From the NCBI GenBank assembly GCA_965203275.1, contig OZ241865.1, positions 480,001 through 544,000 of the forward strand: DNA of 64,000 bases. Reading direction: 5' to 3'. The notes under the pieces are model-generated. The model saw only the letters and a list, made by a program, of their open reading frames with translations, searched no databases and was not told the origin of the DNA. The stretch comes from Bdellovibrionales bacterium (GTDB lineage Bacteria; Bdellovibrionota; Bdellovibrionia; Bdellovibrionales; JAUICD01). Positions 49,816 to 59,432 of the stretch are shown here, in pieces (position 1 is the first letter of the stretch; every line of letters begins with the position of its first letter). The position numbers were made by a program, and so were the translations under genes.

Positions 49816-50846
49816 TTTCACTAAAAATAAACCAGCCTCTGGCTACTTTCTGGTTGCCAGCCGAAGGCTTTCGCCTTCTTAAATGCTGGCAACCTAGAAA
49901 GCTTGACCACTTTTAGTGAAACAAACTCCCTAACCCCACCCACCGCCCTTCGATTCTGCTTTTCTATTTGTATGTTTTTTATGAGTGGAATGCGGGTGCA
50001 GGCTTCCGAAGTCCTCAACCTTCGCTTGCTTTTGGGGAGCAAGCGGGCCTGCGGAAGATCTTCAGCCTGCCCCCGCCTCCCACTCATAATATTCTTCATT
50101 TTTTTGAAAGTTATGCAGAATCTAAAAAAATATAAAAAAACAAAAAAACGAAATCTTGTTTCCTTAATATTTCACTCAAAATGCATCATGCCTCTGGCAT
50201 GTTTTTGGGCGTTTGTCTCACTAAAAATAAACCAGCCTCTGGCTGTTTTTGGGCATTGGCTCACTAAAAGTGGTCTAGCCTCTGGCTACTTTCTGGCAAT
50301 GACCGCAATGGCTTTCGCCATTGGCAAAATGGTCATTGCCTAGAAAGCTTGACCACTTTTAGTAGGGAGGATCCCTTCGTCCCTTAACTCCATGTTAAGG
50401 AAAAAGTTCTTTCTTACACCTTTTGGCTCTCGCCGTCGATCAAAGGCTGATTGCCTCAAAAATCCGTTTATTTTTAGTAAGGAGGATCTCCTCTTTTCTT
50501 AACACCATGTTAAGGAAACAAGCTATTTATTTCACTTTTTTCGCCGTTGACAAAATAGTCATTGCCTCAAAAATCTATGCATTTTGAGTAGGGAGGATCC
50601 TTTTATTCCTTTACACCATGTTAGGGAAAATTTCTTTTATTACCTCAAGAGCAAGCGGGCTTACAAATGAAACTCTGTTTCCTTAACATGTAGTAAAAAA
50701 ACGAAGGGTTCCTCCCTACTAAAAGTAAACGGACTTTTGAGGCATTGCTCTTTTTAGACAGCGTAAGCTGTCAGAGCAATGTCCAAAAGTAGCCAGAGGC
50801 TAGTTTACTTTTAGTGAACCAGAGGTGTGGCTCATTTTGAGTGAAA
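49816..50846. mobile_element. Structured repeat mosaic, locus 7 (intact long hairpin about 49952-50122; triple-nested units 50170-50629; plus unit 50677-50819)
   Basis: Same modules; arms of the nested units match in reverse order. Confidence 0.87.
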
Positions 50847-51077
50847 AAAATACACAGTCCATGTAAAATTTTCAATCCACATTTCAGTCTATATTACTTA
50901 AAAATAACTTGAAAGTACTATAAAAATAGACTTATTATATTTGGCATTCATATTGCTAATGATCTTCTATGATAATGTAAATGAATTTTAACTTTTGCAT
51001 GCATCTTTCGCATCAGCATCATTCAATCATTCATTTATTAAATATCATTCATTAAAAATTAAGAAAGGAGAATCATA

Positions 51078-51698
51078 ATGAAAAATACATATCTCAAATT
51101 AATGGCTTTTGTTTTTATTGGATTTTTATCTTCAAACCATGCCTTAGCTTATTGCCCTTTTAATGGCTGTGAAGATTTGCCTGTTGAGGAATTCAATATC
51201 AACATCAATGATCTAACTCAAGAAGAACATGATATGTTAATTGAAACATTAGAAGCTCATACTTCAGATTCATTCGACCTCACAGAACCTTTAATGCTAG
51301 GATCTATTCATTCTATTAATGTTAAACTATTTAGCAAAAGAAGTGTGAGAGATGCTTTAATTCATATAAAATTCTTGAATGGTAATAAAATATCAGTTAT
51401 AAAGTTAAATGCAGATATTCCTAATGATCATTCAATTAAATTTAAATCTAAATTAATGCAAGCTTTAATAAAACATCGAGTCACTTCTCCTCACTCTTCT
51501 TATGCAAAGTTTGTGACAGTTCTTCAAATAGTAGGTGCTAGAAGGGTTAGATTTGTTCATGGTGTCTTTCGTAGCCTCATTCTTCCTTTATTGGCTACAG
51601 GTTCTATTTACAGTGTCGCAGAAGAATTTTCAGAAGAAGAAAATAATAATCCAGCTATCAATGATCAAATAATTCTTGATGAATTAGATATGCAATAA
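51078..51698 (+). CDS. Hypothetical secreted protein
   Basis: AAAGGAG RBS, signal peptide ending ALA. Confidence 0.65.
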   Translation: MKNTYLKLMAFVFIGFLSSNHALAYCPFNGCEDLPVEEFNININDLTQEEHDMLIETLEAHTSDSFDLTEPLMLGSIHSINVKLFSKRSVRDALIHIKFLNGNKISVIKLNADIPNDHSIKFKSKLMQALIKHRVTSPHSSYAKFVTVLQIVGARRVRFVHGVFRSLILPLLATGSIYSVAEEFSEEENNNPAINDQIILDELDMQ

Positions 51699-51722
51699 CC
51701 TCTCCGGCGTTTGTCATCAAAA

Positions 51723-54305
51723 TTAAGGAGAGGCTGGCGTTTTAGTTGGTAACTTAGTTGGTGTCTTAGTCGGTGTTTTGGTCGGTGTTTTAGTTGGTGG
51801 TTTATTTGCAGAACAACTTTGGTTTGTGCTACCACCATGCAGTCCTTCACAGTGCCACCTATACGCAGTAGCAGTATCCTCTATTGCTTGATCATCAGGA
51901 GTGCCGTGCAAACACGTATTCCTCTCTGTACCACACTGGCCGTTTATAGGCAACGGGATAGGACTTACATTTGTGATGGGTTCATTATCACCTAAGTTTT
52001 GATTGTCAATAGTCCCATCAGCTCTACGCTTTGTAATTGCCCCTTGCCCTAACTGACCAAACCAATTATCTCCCCAACACTTTACATTCCCATTATCTAA
52101 AACAAAGCACGCATTAGAGCCACCTGCTGAAATAGCCGTCACACTCCGTCCACTATCTAGAGCTACAGCTTGTAAATGAGTTCCCATTTCATTGGCTTGA
52201 TCTCCAATGTATGATTTGGTGTTTTGATTATTGCCTATTCCTAATTGACCCTTGGAATTGTCTCCAAAACACTTCATTTTACTATTATCTAAGAGAACAC
52301 ATGTGTGAGCAATTCCTGCATCAACCGCACTCACAGTGCGGTTAGCACCCAATGCAATAGCAACATTAGAAGCTGCTATTTCATTATACTGATCGCCATA
52401 GTTTTGTTTATCGTTTTGATTATCACCTAAACCTAACTGCCCTGCATGATTCCGACCCCAACATCTTAAACTTTTATCCTCAAAAGTTGCACAGGTATGG
52501 TAGGCCCCTGCTGTGACAGCCACAGCTTTTTTATTTAACATCACAGGTGAAATATTTGCAAATTCTCCTGTGGCATCACCAATATTAACATTACTGCTAT
52601 CTTTACCAGCAGTTAAACCTAGCTGACCATATTCGTTACTACCCCAACATTTCACCTTACCATCATCACTACCACCGGTCAGGACAGCACAAGTATGTTT
52701 GTGTCCAGCAGTGATGGCCTTGACCTTAAAGTTTTGACCGCCTACAGGAGGCTGATTGGCTACCATTTTCTGAGCGTTATGGCCTATATTTACTGTATTA
52801 TCGTAACCTAACTGACCCTTATCATTGTATCCCCAACATTTCATAGCTTTATTCTCTTTGAGAATAGCACACGTGTGATGGCTTCCAAGAGCAATAGCAT
52901 AAGCTGTCAAATTGGTTCCTAAATTCACAGTGGCAAGATTTGTCATTTCATCAACACTTCCATCACCTATATCATTTGTATGACCTAATCCCAACTGACC
53001 ATAAGTATTTTGCCCCCAACATTTTATTTTATTATTATCTAAAATAGCACAAGTATGTTTTCCTTGTTTTTGTGTGTTGTTTTGGCAGGTATCTGAAGCT
53101 TGAGGAGGATACAATCTATCGCAACAATTAACAGAGTTTTCACCATTTGTGCAGGCAGGAGCCTGTGCAAAGACTGGAGATGGAGCAACTGAAGGAGCAG
53201 GTGAAGCAGCAGCTTGTAAAGTATTCAAACAAGTTTGTCGATTTTGTGTATTAGAATCAGGGCAACAATTATTGGTGTTGTCACCTTGACATAAATGAAG
53301 CCGTTCTGCTCCCTCTGCTGCTGCAATGGTAATAGCTTTTCTACCTAAATGAACAGTAAGGAGACGACTCATTTCATTGCTCTGATCACCTATGCGACGT
53401 ATACTGTCTGTCGTATTGCCAGCAGTTAAACCCAACTGCCCTGCTGAATTATCCCCCCAACATTTAACTGAACCCTGAGATAAAAAGCAACTATGCCAAG
53501 TGCCTGTAGCTATTTGATCAACTATAACTAAAGTTTGTGTGATTTCAAACCGGACACTTGTGACCTGAGATTCTTCTCGTGGCATGGCCTTTTTTGCCTG
53601 AATATGCAAATAAAAAGTACCACTTGTTTTTGTATTTGCTGATGGATAAGTTACTGTTTTGGTATCTCCATACGCTTCATTAGTGAATGCATGAGTCGCA
53701 GAAGCACTGACAACATGACGGAAAGTACACGGCGGTTTGTTACAGTTCCAATTCCAAGTCACAGAAGTTTGAGGCGAAGTGGGTGGAACAATTCCTGTCA
53801 CCTCTAATGATGATGATGATGTTTCATCAGATGATGTTCCTCCTATAACAGCTTTTCTTGTGATCACTCCAGATTTGTATCCAGAACTACTATCCATCGC
53901 CTGAACATGTAAGTAATAAGTGCAGGGAGGACTTGAACAATCTTGTAATATTCTTTTAGCATTTTTATTGTTTGCTTTAAAATCATTGCTTGTAAATTTA
54001 GATTGTTGCTTTGCATTTGTAATGCGAGAAGCATACGTGCAGTTTTTCTTTGTATCAGTACATCTCCAAGTCCATTCTACTGCTCCTTTTGGTGTATCAA
54101 AATCTTTTGGAAGAACACTTAATCCAAGAGATTGTGAGGTCCCTGCCCCCTTTCCAGCAGAATTATTTGTCTGGCAATTTTGAAAGCCAATAAATAATAC
54201 AAACAAACAACCCACTAAAACATACAAAACTTTGCGATGTTCCGTGTTGATACGATTATTACGCAATTGGGTTTGAATTTTTTTCTTTATATTTGTTATA
54301 TTCAT
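51723..54305 (-). CDS. RCC1/BLIP-II repeat, Cys-rich surface lipoprotein
   Basis: About 7 repeats of HTCA..D..KCWG.N..GQLG; FQNC lipobox; NGQCG Cys module; PTKT tail repeats; GGAGG RBS. Confidence 0.88.
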   Translation of the reverse strand: MNITNIKKKIQTQLRNNRINTEHRKVLYVLVGCLFVLFIGFQNCQTNNSAGKGAGTSQSLGLSVLPKDFDTPKGAVEWTWRCTDTKKNCTYASRITNAKQQSKFTSNDFKANNKNAKRILQDCSSPPCTYYLHVQAMDSSSGYKSGVITRKAVIGGTSSDETSSSSLEVTGIVPPTSPQTSVTWNWNCNKPPCTFRHVVSASATHAFTNEAYGDTKTVTYPSANTKTSGTFYLHIQAKKAMPREESQVTSVRFEITQTLVIVDQIATGTWHSCFLSQGSVKCWGDNSAGQLGLTAGNTTDSIRRIGDQSNEMSRLLTVHLGRKAITIAAAEGAERLHLCQGDNTNNCCPDSNTQNRQTCLNTLQAAASPAPSVAPSPVFAQAPACTNGENSVNCCDRLYPPQASDTCQNNTQKQGKHTCAILDNNKIKCWGQNTYGQLGLGHTNDIGDGSVDEMTNLATVNLGTNLTAYAIALGSHHTCAILKENKAMKCWGYNDKGQLGYDNTVNIGHNAQKMVANQPPVGGQNFKVKAITAGHKHTCAVLTGGSDDGKVKCWGSNEYGQLGLTAGKDSSNVNIGDATGEFANISPVMLNKKAVAVTAGAYHTCATFEDKSLRCWGRNHAGQLGLGDNQNDKQNYGDQYNEIAASNVAIALGANRTVSAVDAGIAHTCVLLDNSKMKCFGDNSKGQLGIGNNQNTKSYIGDQANEMGTHLQAVALDSGRSVTAISAGGSNACFVLDNGNVKCWGDNWFGQLGQGAITKRRADGTIDNQNLGDNEPITNVSPIPLPINGQCGTERNTCLHGTPDDQAIEDTATAYRWHCEGLHGGSTNQSCSANKPPTKTPTKTPTKTPTKLPTKTPASP

Positions 54306-54512
54306 AAGATATATCCTCCACCCCTATTTCATAATGTTTTATTTGTTATTACGATTTTGTGTATCATTACTTTTCATTACTTAAGTTAAAATAATGTATC
54401 TTTTTGGTACACATTAAATAAATCGGTAGAAGTCTTAAAATACTTAAATAAAAAAATATATTTTTTTTAACTTTTATATATAGACAGAATAAATGTAAGT
54501 AAATTCAATAGT

Positions 54513-55598
54513 TTAAGATATGGCTATTATATTGTCTTGAGGGTTGGCCTGCCGAATAGCCTGTAAGGCTTCTTTATAAGTTAAAGGTTTAAAGGGGATT
54601 AAAGTTTTATTTTTAAGTTCAATAATCTTTTGATGGTTATCTATAATTCTCTGTTGAATATCAGGGTCGTTTAAAGTGGCCTTCTCAAGGGCTTCACCTG
54701 CTAAATAAAGAGACTTAAAGCCATCTCCATAAAGCAATAACTGGCATCCAGCCCTAACAGACTGAACTGCAATTTCTTCCACAGACCAATGATTTCTTAA
54801 AGCCTTCATATCTAAGTCATCAGACATTATAAGGCCTCTAAAACCTAATTGGCGGTAGAGTATTTCCCTTAATATTTTTTCAGATAATGTAGCAGGCCAG
54901 TGAGGATCGATTTGAGAATATTTAATATGGGCTGTCATGAGCAAAGGCAGTTTAGCCCGAAAAGCTCGTTTAAAAGGAGGCCAATGAATTGCTTCAAATG
55001 TGTCTAAAGTACTTTCGTCTATAGGCATTTGTTGATGGCTATCTTCAGCAACAGCCCCATGTCCAGGAAAATGCTTTCCGCAAGATATAATTTCTGATTT
55101 AATAAACCCTCTTACAATAGCAGAACCTAATTTTTCCACTACTTCACTTTTTGTACTTAAAGCTCGATCTCCAATGACTTTGTTCTTAGGGTGAGTGAGT
55201 ACATCCAAACAAGGTGCTAAATTGGTGTTGATACCAATAGCTTTGATCTGTTTGCCAAGGGACAGAGCAAAGTCAAATGCCAAAGAAGGAGAATCTGCTA
55301 AGCCTATTTTTTGCATGGATGGCCACTTGGTAAAAGGAGTTTGTTGCAATCTTTGCACTCGCCCTCCTTCCATATCCATAGCCACTAATAAAGGTTTCTG
55401 ATCAGGAGATTTAGCTGCTAATAATTGTAATTGAATAATTAACTCATGTAACTGCTGTGGTGATTCAATGTTACGGTTAAAGAGGATCACACCACCAATG
55501 TTTTCCTCTGAAAAAAGTTTGCATTCTTCTGGAGTCAGACGAGTGCCTTGAATACCTATAATAAAATTTTGATGAATCAAATGCCTTAAAGTTTTCAT
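54513..55598 (-). CDS. nagZ: Beta-N-acetylhexosaminidase (GH3)
   Basis: GGVILFNRN, DMEGGRVQRL, KHFPGHG...DSH, SDDLDM. Confidence 0.93.
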   Translation of the reverse strand: MKTLRHLIHQNFIIGIQGTRLTPEECKLFSEENIGGVILFNRNIESPQQLHELIIQLQLLAAKSPDQKPLLVAMDMEGGRVQRLQQTPFTKWPSMQKIGLADSPSLAFDFALSLGKQIKAIGINTNLAPCLDVLTHPKNKVIGDRALSTKSEVVEKLGSAIVRGFIKSEIISCGKHFPGHGAVAEDSHQQMPIDESTLDTFEAIHWPPFKRAFRAKLPLLMTAHIKYSQIDPHWPATLSEKILREILYRQLGFRGLIMSDDLDMKALRNHWSVEEIAVQSVRAGCQLLLYGDGFKSLYLAGEALEKATLNDPDIQQRIIDNHQKIIELKNKTLIPFKPLTYKEALQAIRQANPQDNIIAIS

Positions 55599-55638
55599 GC
55601 AATGTACACTTCAATTATAAATTTTAAGTTGTACTTCA

Positions 55639-57933
55639 TTATAAACTTAATTTTTTATCCTTAAATGTCTGTACTTGCAATGCCGTAAAAGCAACTGTAT
55701 TGACAATATCGTTGACAGTACAAGATCTGTGCAACACATTGGCCGGATGATTGACCCCCATTAAAAAAGGCCCTAAAACCTCAGCCTTACCTAAATGTTG
55801 CACCATCTTATAAGCAATATTACTAGCATCTAAATGAGGAAAAATCAAAATATTAGCAGCTTGCTTTAAATGACAAAAAGGGAAAAGCTCTTGCATAATC
55901 TCTGTATTTAAAGCTGTGCTAGCTTGCATTTCACCATCAACCAATAAATGAGGATGTGTTTTCCGTACAATATCTGCTGCTTGTTTCATTTTAAGAGGCG
56001 TAGGATATCCCGACACAAAATTAGAAAAACTCACCATAGCAATACGAGGCTTTATCCGAAAAAAATTAGCTACATCAGCTACGTGAATAGCAATATTTGC
56101 TAACTGCTCAGCCGAAGGTTCTACATTGATTGTGGTATCAGCAAAAAAATATGCTTTTTTATGAATGATGATAATAGTCAAACCTGCAACAATGCTCCCA
56201 GAGCTTTTACCAATCACCTGTAAAACAGGACGTACAGAATCAGCATAGTTTTGAGTAGCCCCTGTGATCATAGCATCTGCATCCCCCAATCGCACACTCA
56301 TAGCAGCAAAATAATTGACATCTCGTATAAGACGCTCTGCCTCTCGCAAGTGAACCCCCCTGCGATGCCTCAATCGATGAAGCTCTTTGACATATTTATC
56401 ATACTTTACATGAGACCAAGGAGTACAAATAGGTAAATCTTTCAGTTCATCTAAATGCAAATCTTTGATTTTTTCTGTAATGCCTTTTTTGTCTCCAAGT
56501 AAAATAGGCTGTGCAAAGCCTTCCTCTAAAACCTCAGCTATAGCCTTGAGGACCTTGGGATTATTCGCTTCAGCAAATATAATTTTAGGTAAGTTATGTT
56601 TTTTGTTTCTTACATTTTTCTTCACATTATTGATAATATCCCTTACAAATTCTTTAGAAGCTCCCTGGAGAGATTCAAGTCTTTCTCTGTATTTATTGTA
56701 ATTTGTGATAGGAGAACGAGCCACACCAGAAAGCTTTGCTGCTTTAGCTACCGCTGGAGCAACTCTCAATAAAACACGAGGGTCAAAAGGTTTGGGTAAA
56801 ATATAATCAGGTCCAAATTCAAAATGCTTTCCATCATAAGCAACCGAAACAGATTCTGGTACTTCCTCATGAGCTAGCTGGGCAAGAGCATGGACAGCAG
56901 CTAGTTTCATCTCTTTTGTCAAAGCTGTAGCTTTTACATCTAAAGCTCCTCTAAACATAAAAGGGAAACACAAGAGATTGTTGACTTGATTAGGAAAGTC
57001 ACTTCGCCCTGTAGCCATAATGACATCAGAGCGTACAGATCGAGCTACATCAGGCATAATCTCAGGAGTAGGATTAGCTAATGCAAAAACAATAGGATTT
57101 TTTGCCATGCCTTTGAGCATCTCTGAAGTCATAGCTCCACCCACACTCAAACCTAAAAACACATCAGCACCCACAAGAGCCTCTTTAAGATTTTGTATTT
57201 TTTGATTGTACTCAATTGCAAATTCTTGTTTATTTTTGTTCATACCCTCTTTGCGATCTTTGTAAATCACACCTTTGGAATCACACATAATAATATTTTC
57301 TTTGCGTATGCCCAAATCTAAAAAGAGTCTCCCGCAAGCAATAGAAGCTGCTCCCGCTCCATTGAACACCAAACGTAACTGATCTAGTGGTTTATTGATG
57401 ATCTCTGCTGCATTAATGAGAGCTGCAGCAGAAATAATAGCTGTCCCATGTTGATCATCATGAAAGATGGGAATTTGCATCTCTTGAGTCAGTCTTTCTT
57501 CTATATCAAAACATTCAGGAGCTTTAATATCTTCTAAATTAATGCCTCCAAAAGTTGGTTCAAGGGCTTTGACAACTTGAACAAATGCATCCACTGTCTT
57601 AGCATTAAGCTCTATGTCGAATACATCAATATCAGCAAATTTTTTAAAGAGAATGCCCTTACCCTCCATAACAGGTTTGCTAGCAAGAGGGCCGATATTT
57701 CCTAAACCTAAAACAGCTGTGCCATTTGAAATGACAGCCACAAGATTGCCACGTGCTGTATAGTCAAACACCTTAAGAGGATCCTTAGCAATCTCTGTGC
57801 AGGGAATAGCTACACCCGGAGAATAAGCTAAGGCTAAGTCTTGCTCTGTATCACAAGGCTTTGTAGGGATCACTTCTATTTTCCCCCGACGACCTGATGA
57901 ATGAAATTCTAATGGATTTTTTTTCTGCTTCAT
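55639..57933 (-). CDS. maeB: NADP-dependent malic enzyme with PTA domain
   Basis: [47 protein letters not shown]-terminal PTA domain. Confidence 0.96.
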   Translation of the reverse strand: MKQKKNPLEFHSSGRRGKIEVIPTKPCDTEQDLALAYSPGVAIPCTEIAKDPLKVFDYTARGNLVAVISNGTAVLGLGNIGPLASKPVMEGKGILFKKFADIDVFDIELNAKTVDAFVQVVKALEPTFGGINLEDIKAPECFDIEERLTQEMQIPIFHDDQHGTAIISAAALINAAEIINKPLDQLRLVFNGAGAASIACGRLFLDLGIRKENIIMCDSKGVIYKDRKEGMNKNKQEFAIEYNQKIQNLKEALVGADVFLGLSVGGAMTSEMLKGMAKNPIVFALANPTPEIMPDVARSVRSDVIMATGRSDFPNQVNNLLCFPFMFRGALDVKATALTKEMKLAAVHALAQLAHEEVPESVSVAYDGKHFEFGPDYILPKPFDPRVLLRVAPAVAKAAKLSGVARSPITNYNKYRERLESLQGASKEFVRDIINNVKKNVRNKKHNLPKIIFAEANNPKVLKAIAEVLEEGFAQPILLGDKKGITEKIKDLHLDELKDLPICTPWSHVKYDKYVKELHRLRHRRGVHLREAERLIRDVNYFAAMSVRLGDADAMITGATQNYADSVRPVLQVIGKSSGSIVAGLTIIIIHKKAYFFADTTINVEPSAEQLANIAIHVADVANFFRIKPRIAMVSFSNFVSGYPTPLKMKQAADIVRKTHPHLLVDGEMQASTALNTEIMQELFPFCHLKQAANILIFPHLDASNIAYKMVQHLGKAEVLGPFLMGVNHPANVLHRSCTVNDIVNTVAFTALQVQTFKDKKLSL

Positions 57934-58100
57934 TATTTGGACCTTTTATTGTCTAATTTCGGTGATCTTCGTCTACCCGTACGCACCTCTTTTAGAAACA
58001 AGTGAACTGTTTCCCTCAAAATTTCCCTTCCTTGAATCTATTATTATCTTATTTCGTAAATCCACCAGATCAAGCCCCTTTCAGAGAACTGGAAGGTCAA

Positions 58101-59150
58101 TTTTGAGGCATTGTTTCACTAAAAGTAAACTAGCCTCTGGCTACTTTTGGACATTGCTCTGACAGCTTACGCTGTCTAAAAAGAGCAATGTCTCAAAAGT
58201 CCGTTTACTTTTAGTAAGGAGGATCTCTTCGTCTCTTTACACCATGTTAAGGAAAAAGTTCCTTTTAACAACGAGTTGCCGGATCCCGGATCCCAGATCC
58301 CGGGAAAAAGGATCCTCTCATATCCTTATATGCTTGAAACAAAGCATTCGTTTTTTTTATTTTTTTTAGATTCTGTGTAATTTTCAAAAAAGCGTGAATG
58401 TTATGAATGAGAGGCGGAGGTAAACTGAAAGGTTTACTTCACTAAAAGTGGTCTGACCTCTGGTCACTTTCTGGTTGCCAGCCGAAGGCTACCGCCTTCT
58501 CAATTGCTGGCAACCTCCACTTTTAGTAGAAAGGATCTCTCCTCTCTTAACATGATATTAAAGAAACAGTTCCTTTATTGCAACTCATTTGCCTCCCAAA
58601 AAATTTTAGAATCATATCTTGTTTCCCTAACATGGTGTCAGAAGCAAAGATATCCACCCTACTCAAAATGAGCAGATTTTTGAGGCATTGCTCTTTTTAG
58701 ACAGCGTAAGCTGTCATCAGAAGGAAATCTTTTTCCTTAACATGATGTTAAGAAATGAGGACATCCTTCTTCCTAAAATTGAACAAGCTTTTGAGGCAGT
58801 TAGCCTTTGATCGACGACGACAGTCGTCGGGATGCCCAAAAGTAGCCAGAGGCTAGTTCAATTTTAGGGAAACAGAGGTGTCTCATTTTATATCATGTTA
58901 AGGAAATAAGGCATTCGTTTTTTTATATTTTTTTTAGATTCTGTGTAAATCTCAAATAAAAAGTAATTAAGGGGAGGATGGGGCAGTGGAAGCCTTCCGA
59001 AGTCCTCAATTGAGCTTGCTTTTAAAGAGCAAGCTCAATTTGCGGAAGATCTCCAGGCTCCCGTTGCCACATCCTCAAGTAAAAACAAAAATGGAAAAGC
59101 AGAATCAAGGGCAGGGGGTGGGGTTAGGGAGTTAATTGGTTCACTAAAAA
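58101..59150. mobile_element. Structured repeat mosaic, locus 8 (minus unit 58113-58255, heptamers, half long-hairpin, nested pair 58622-58889, long hairpin with inverted interior 58937-59106)
   Basis: Same modules; between divergent maeB and SpoIID-domain genes. Confidence 0.85.
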
Positions 59151-59432
59151 TAAATTAAAAAGCTTACAGTAAAAAAAAGCTTACATCCTAGTGGCACAAA
59201 ATCTCTTTCGACTCATAACCTACTGAAATCTCATAACTTTATTTTTGCAGGCTGTCAAACTCAGGAACTCAGAAGCTATTAAATAAATAATAGAAAAACT
59301 CCAAGTCTAAAGATTCATTTCAACCCTTCTTTAGCTAACTTCAGTGTGTATATTCATAAAGTCTAAATATTTAAACAAATCTATTCAAAATATTCTATTA
59401 TTTGTATAATAAAAACTTAAGCAGGGGGAGGA

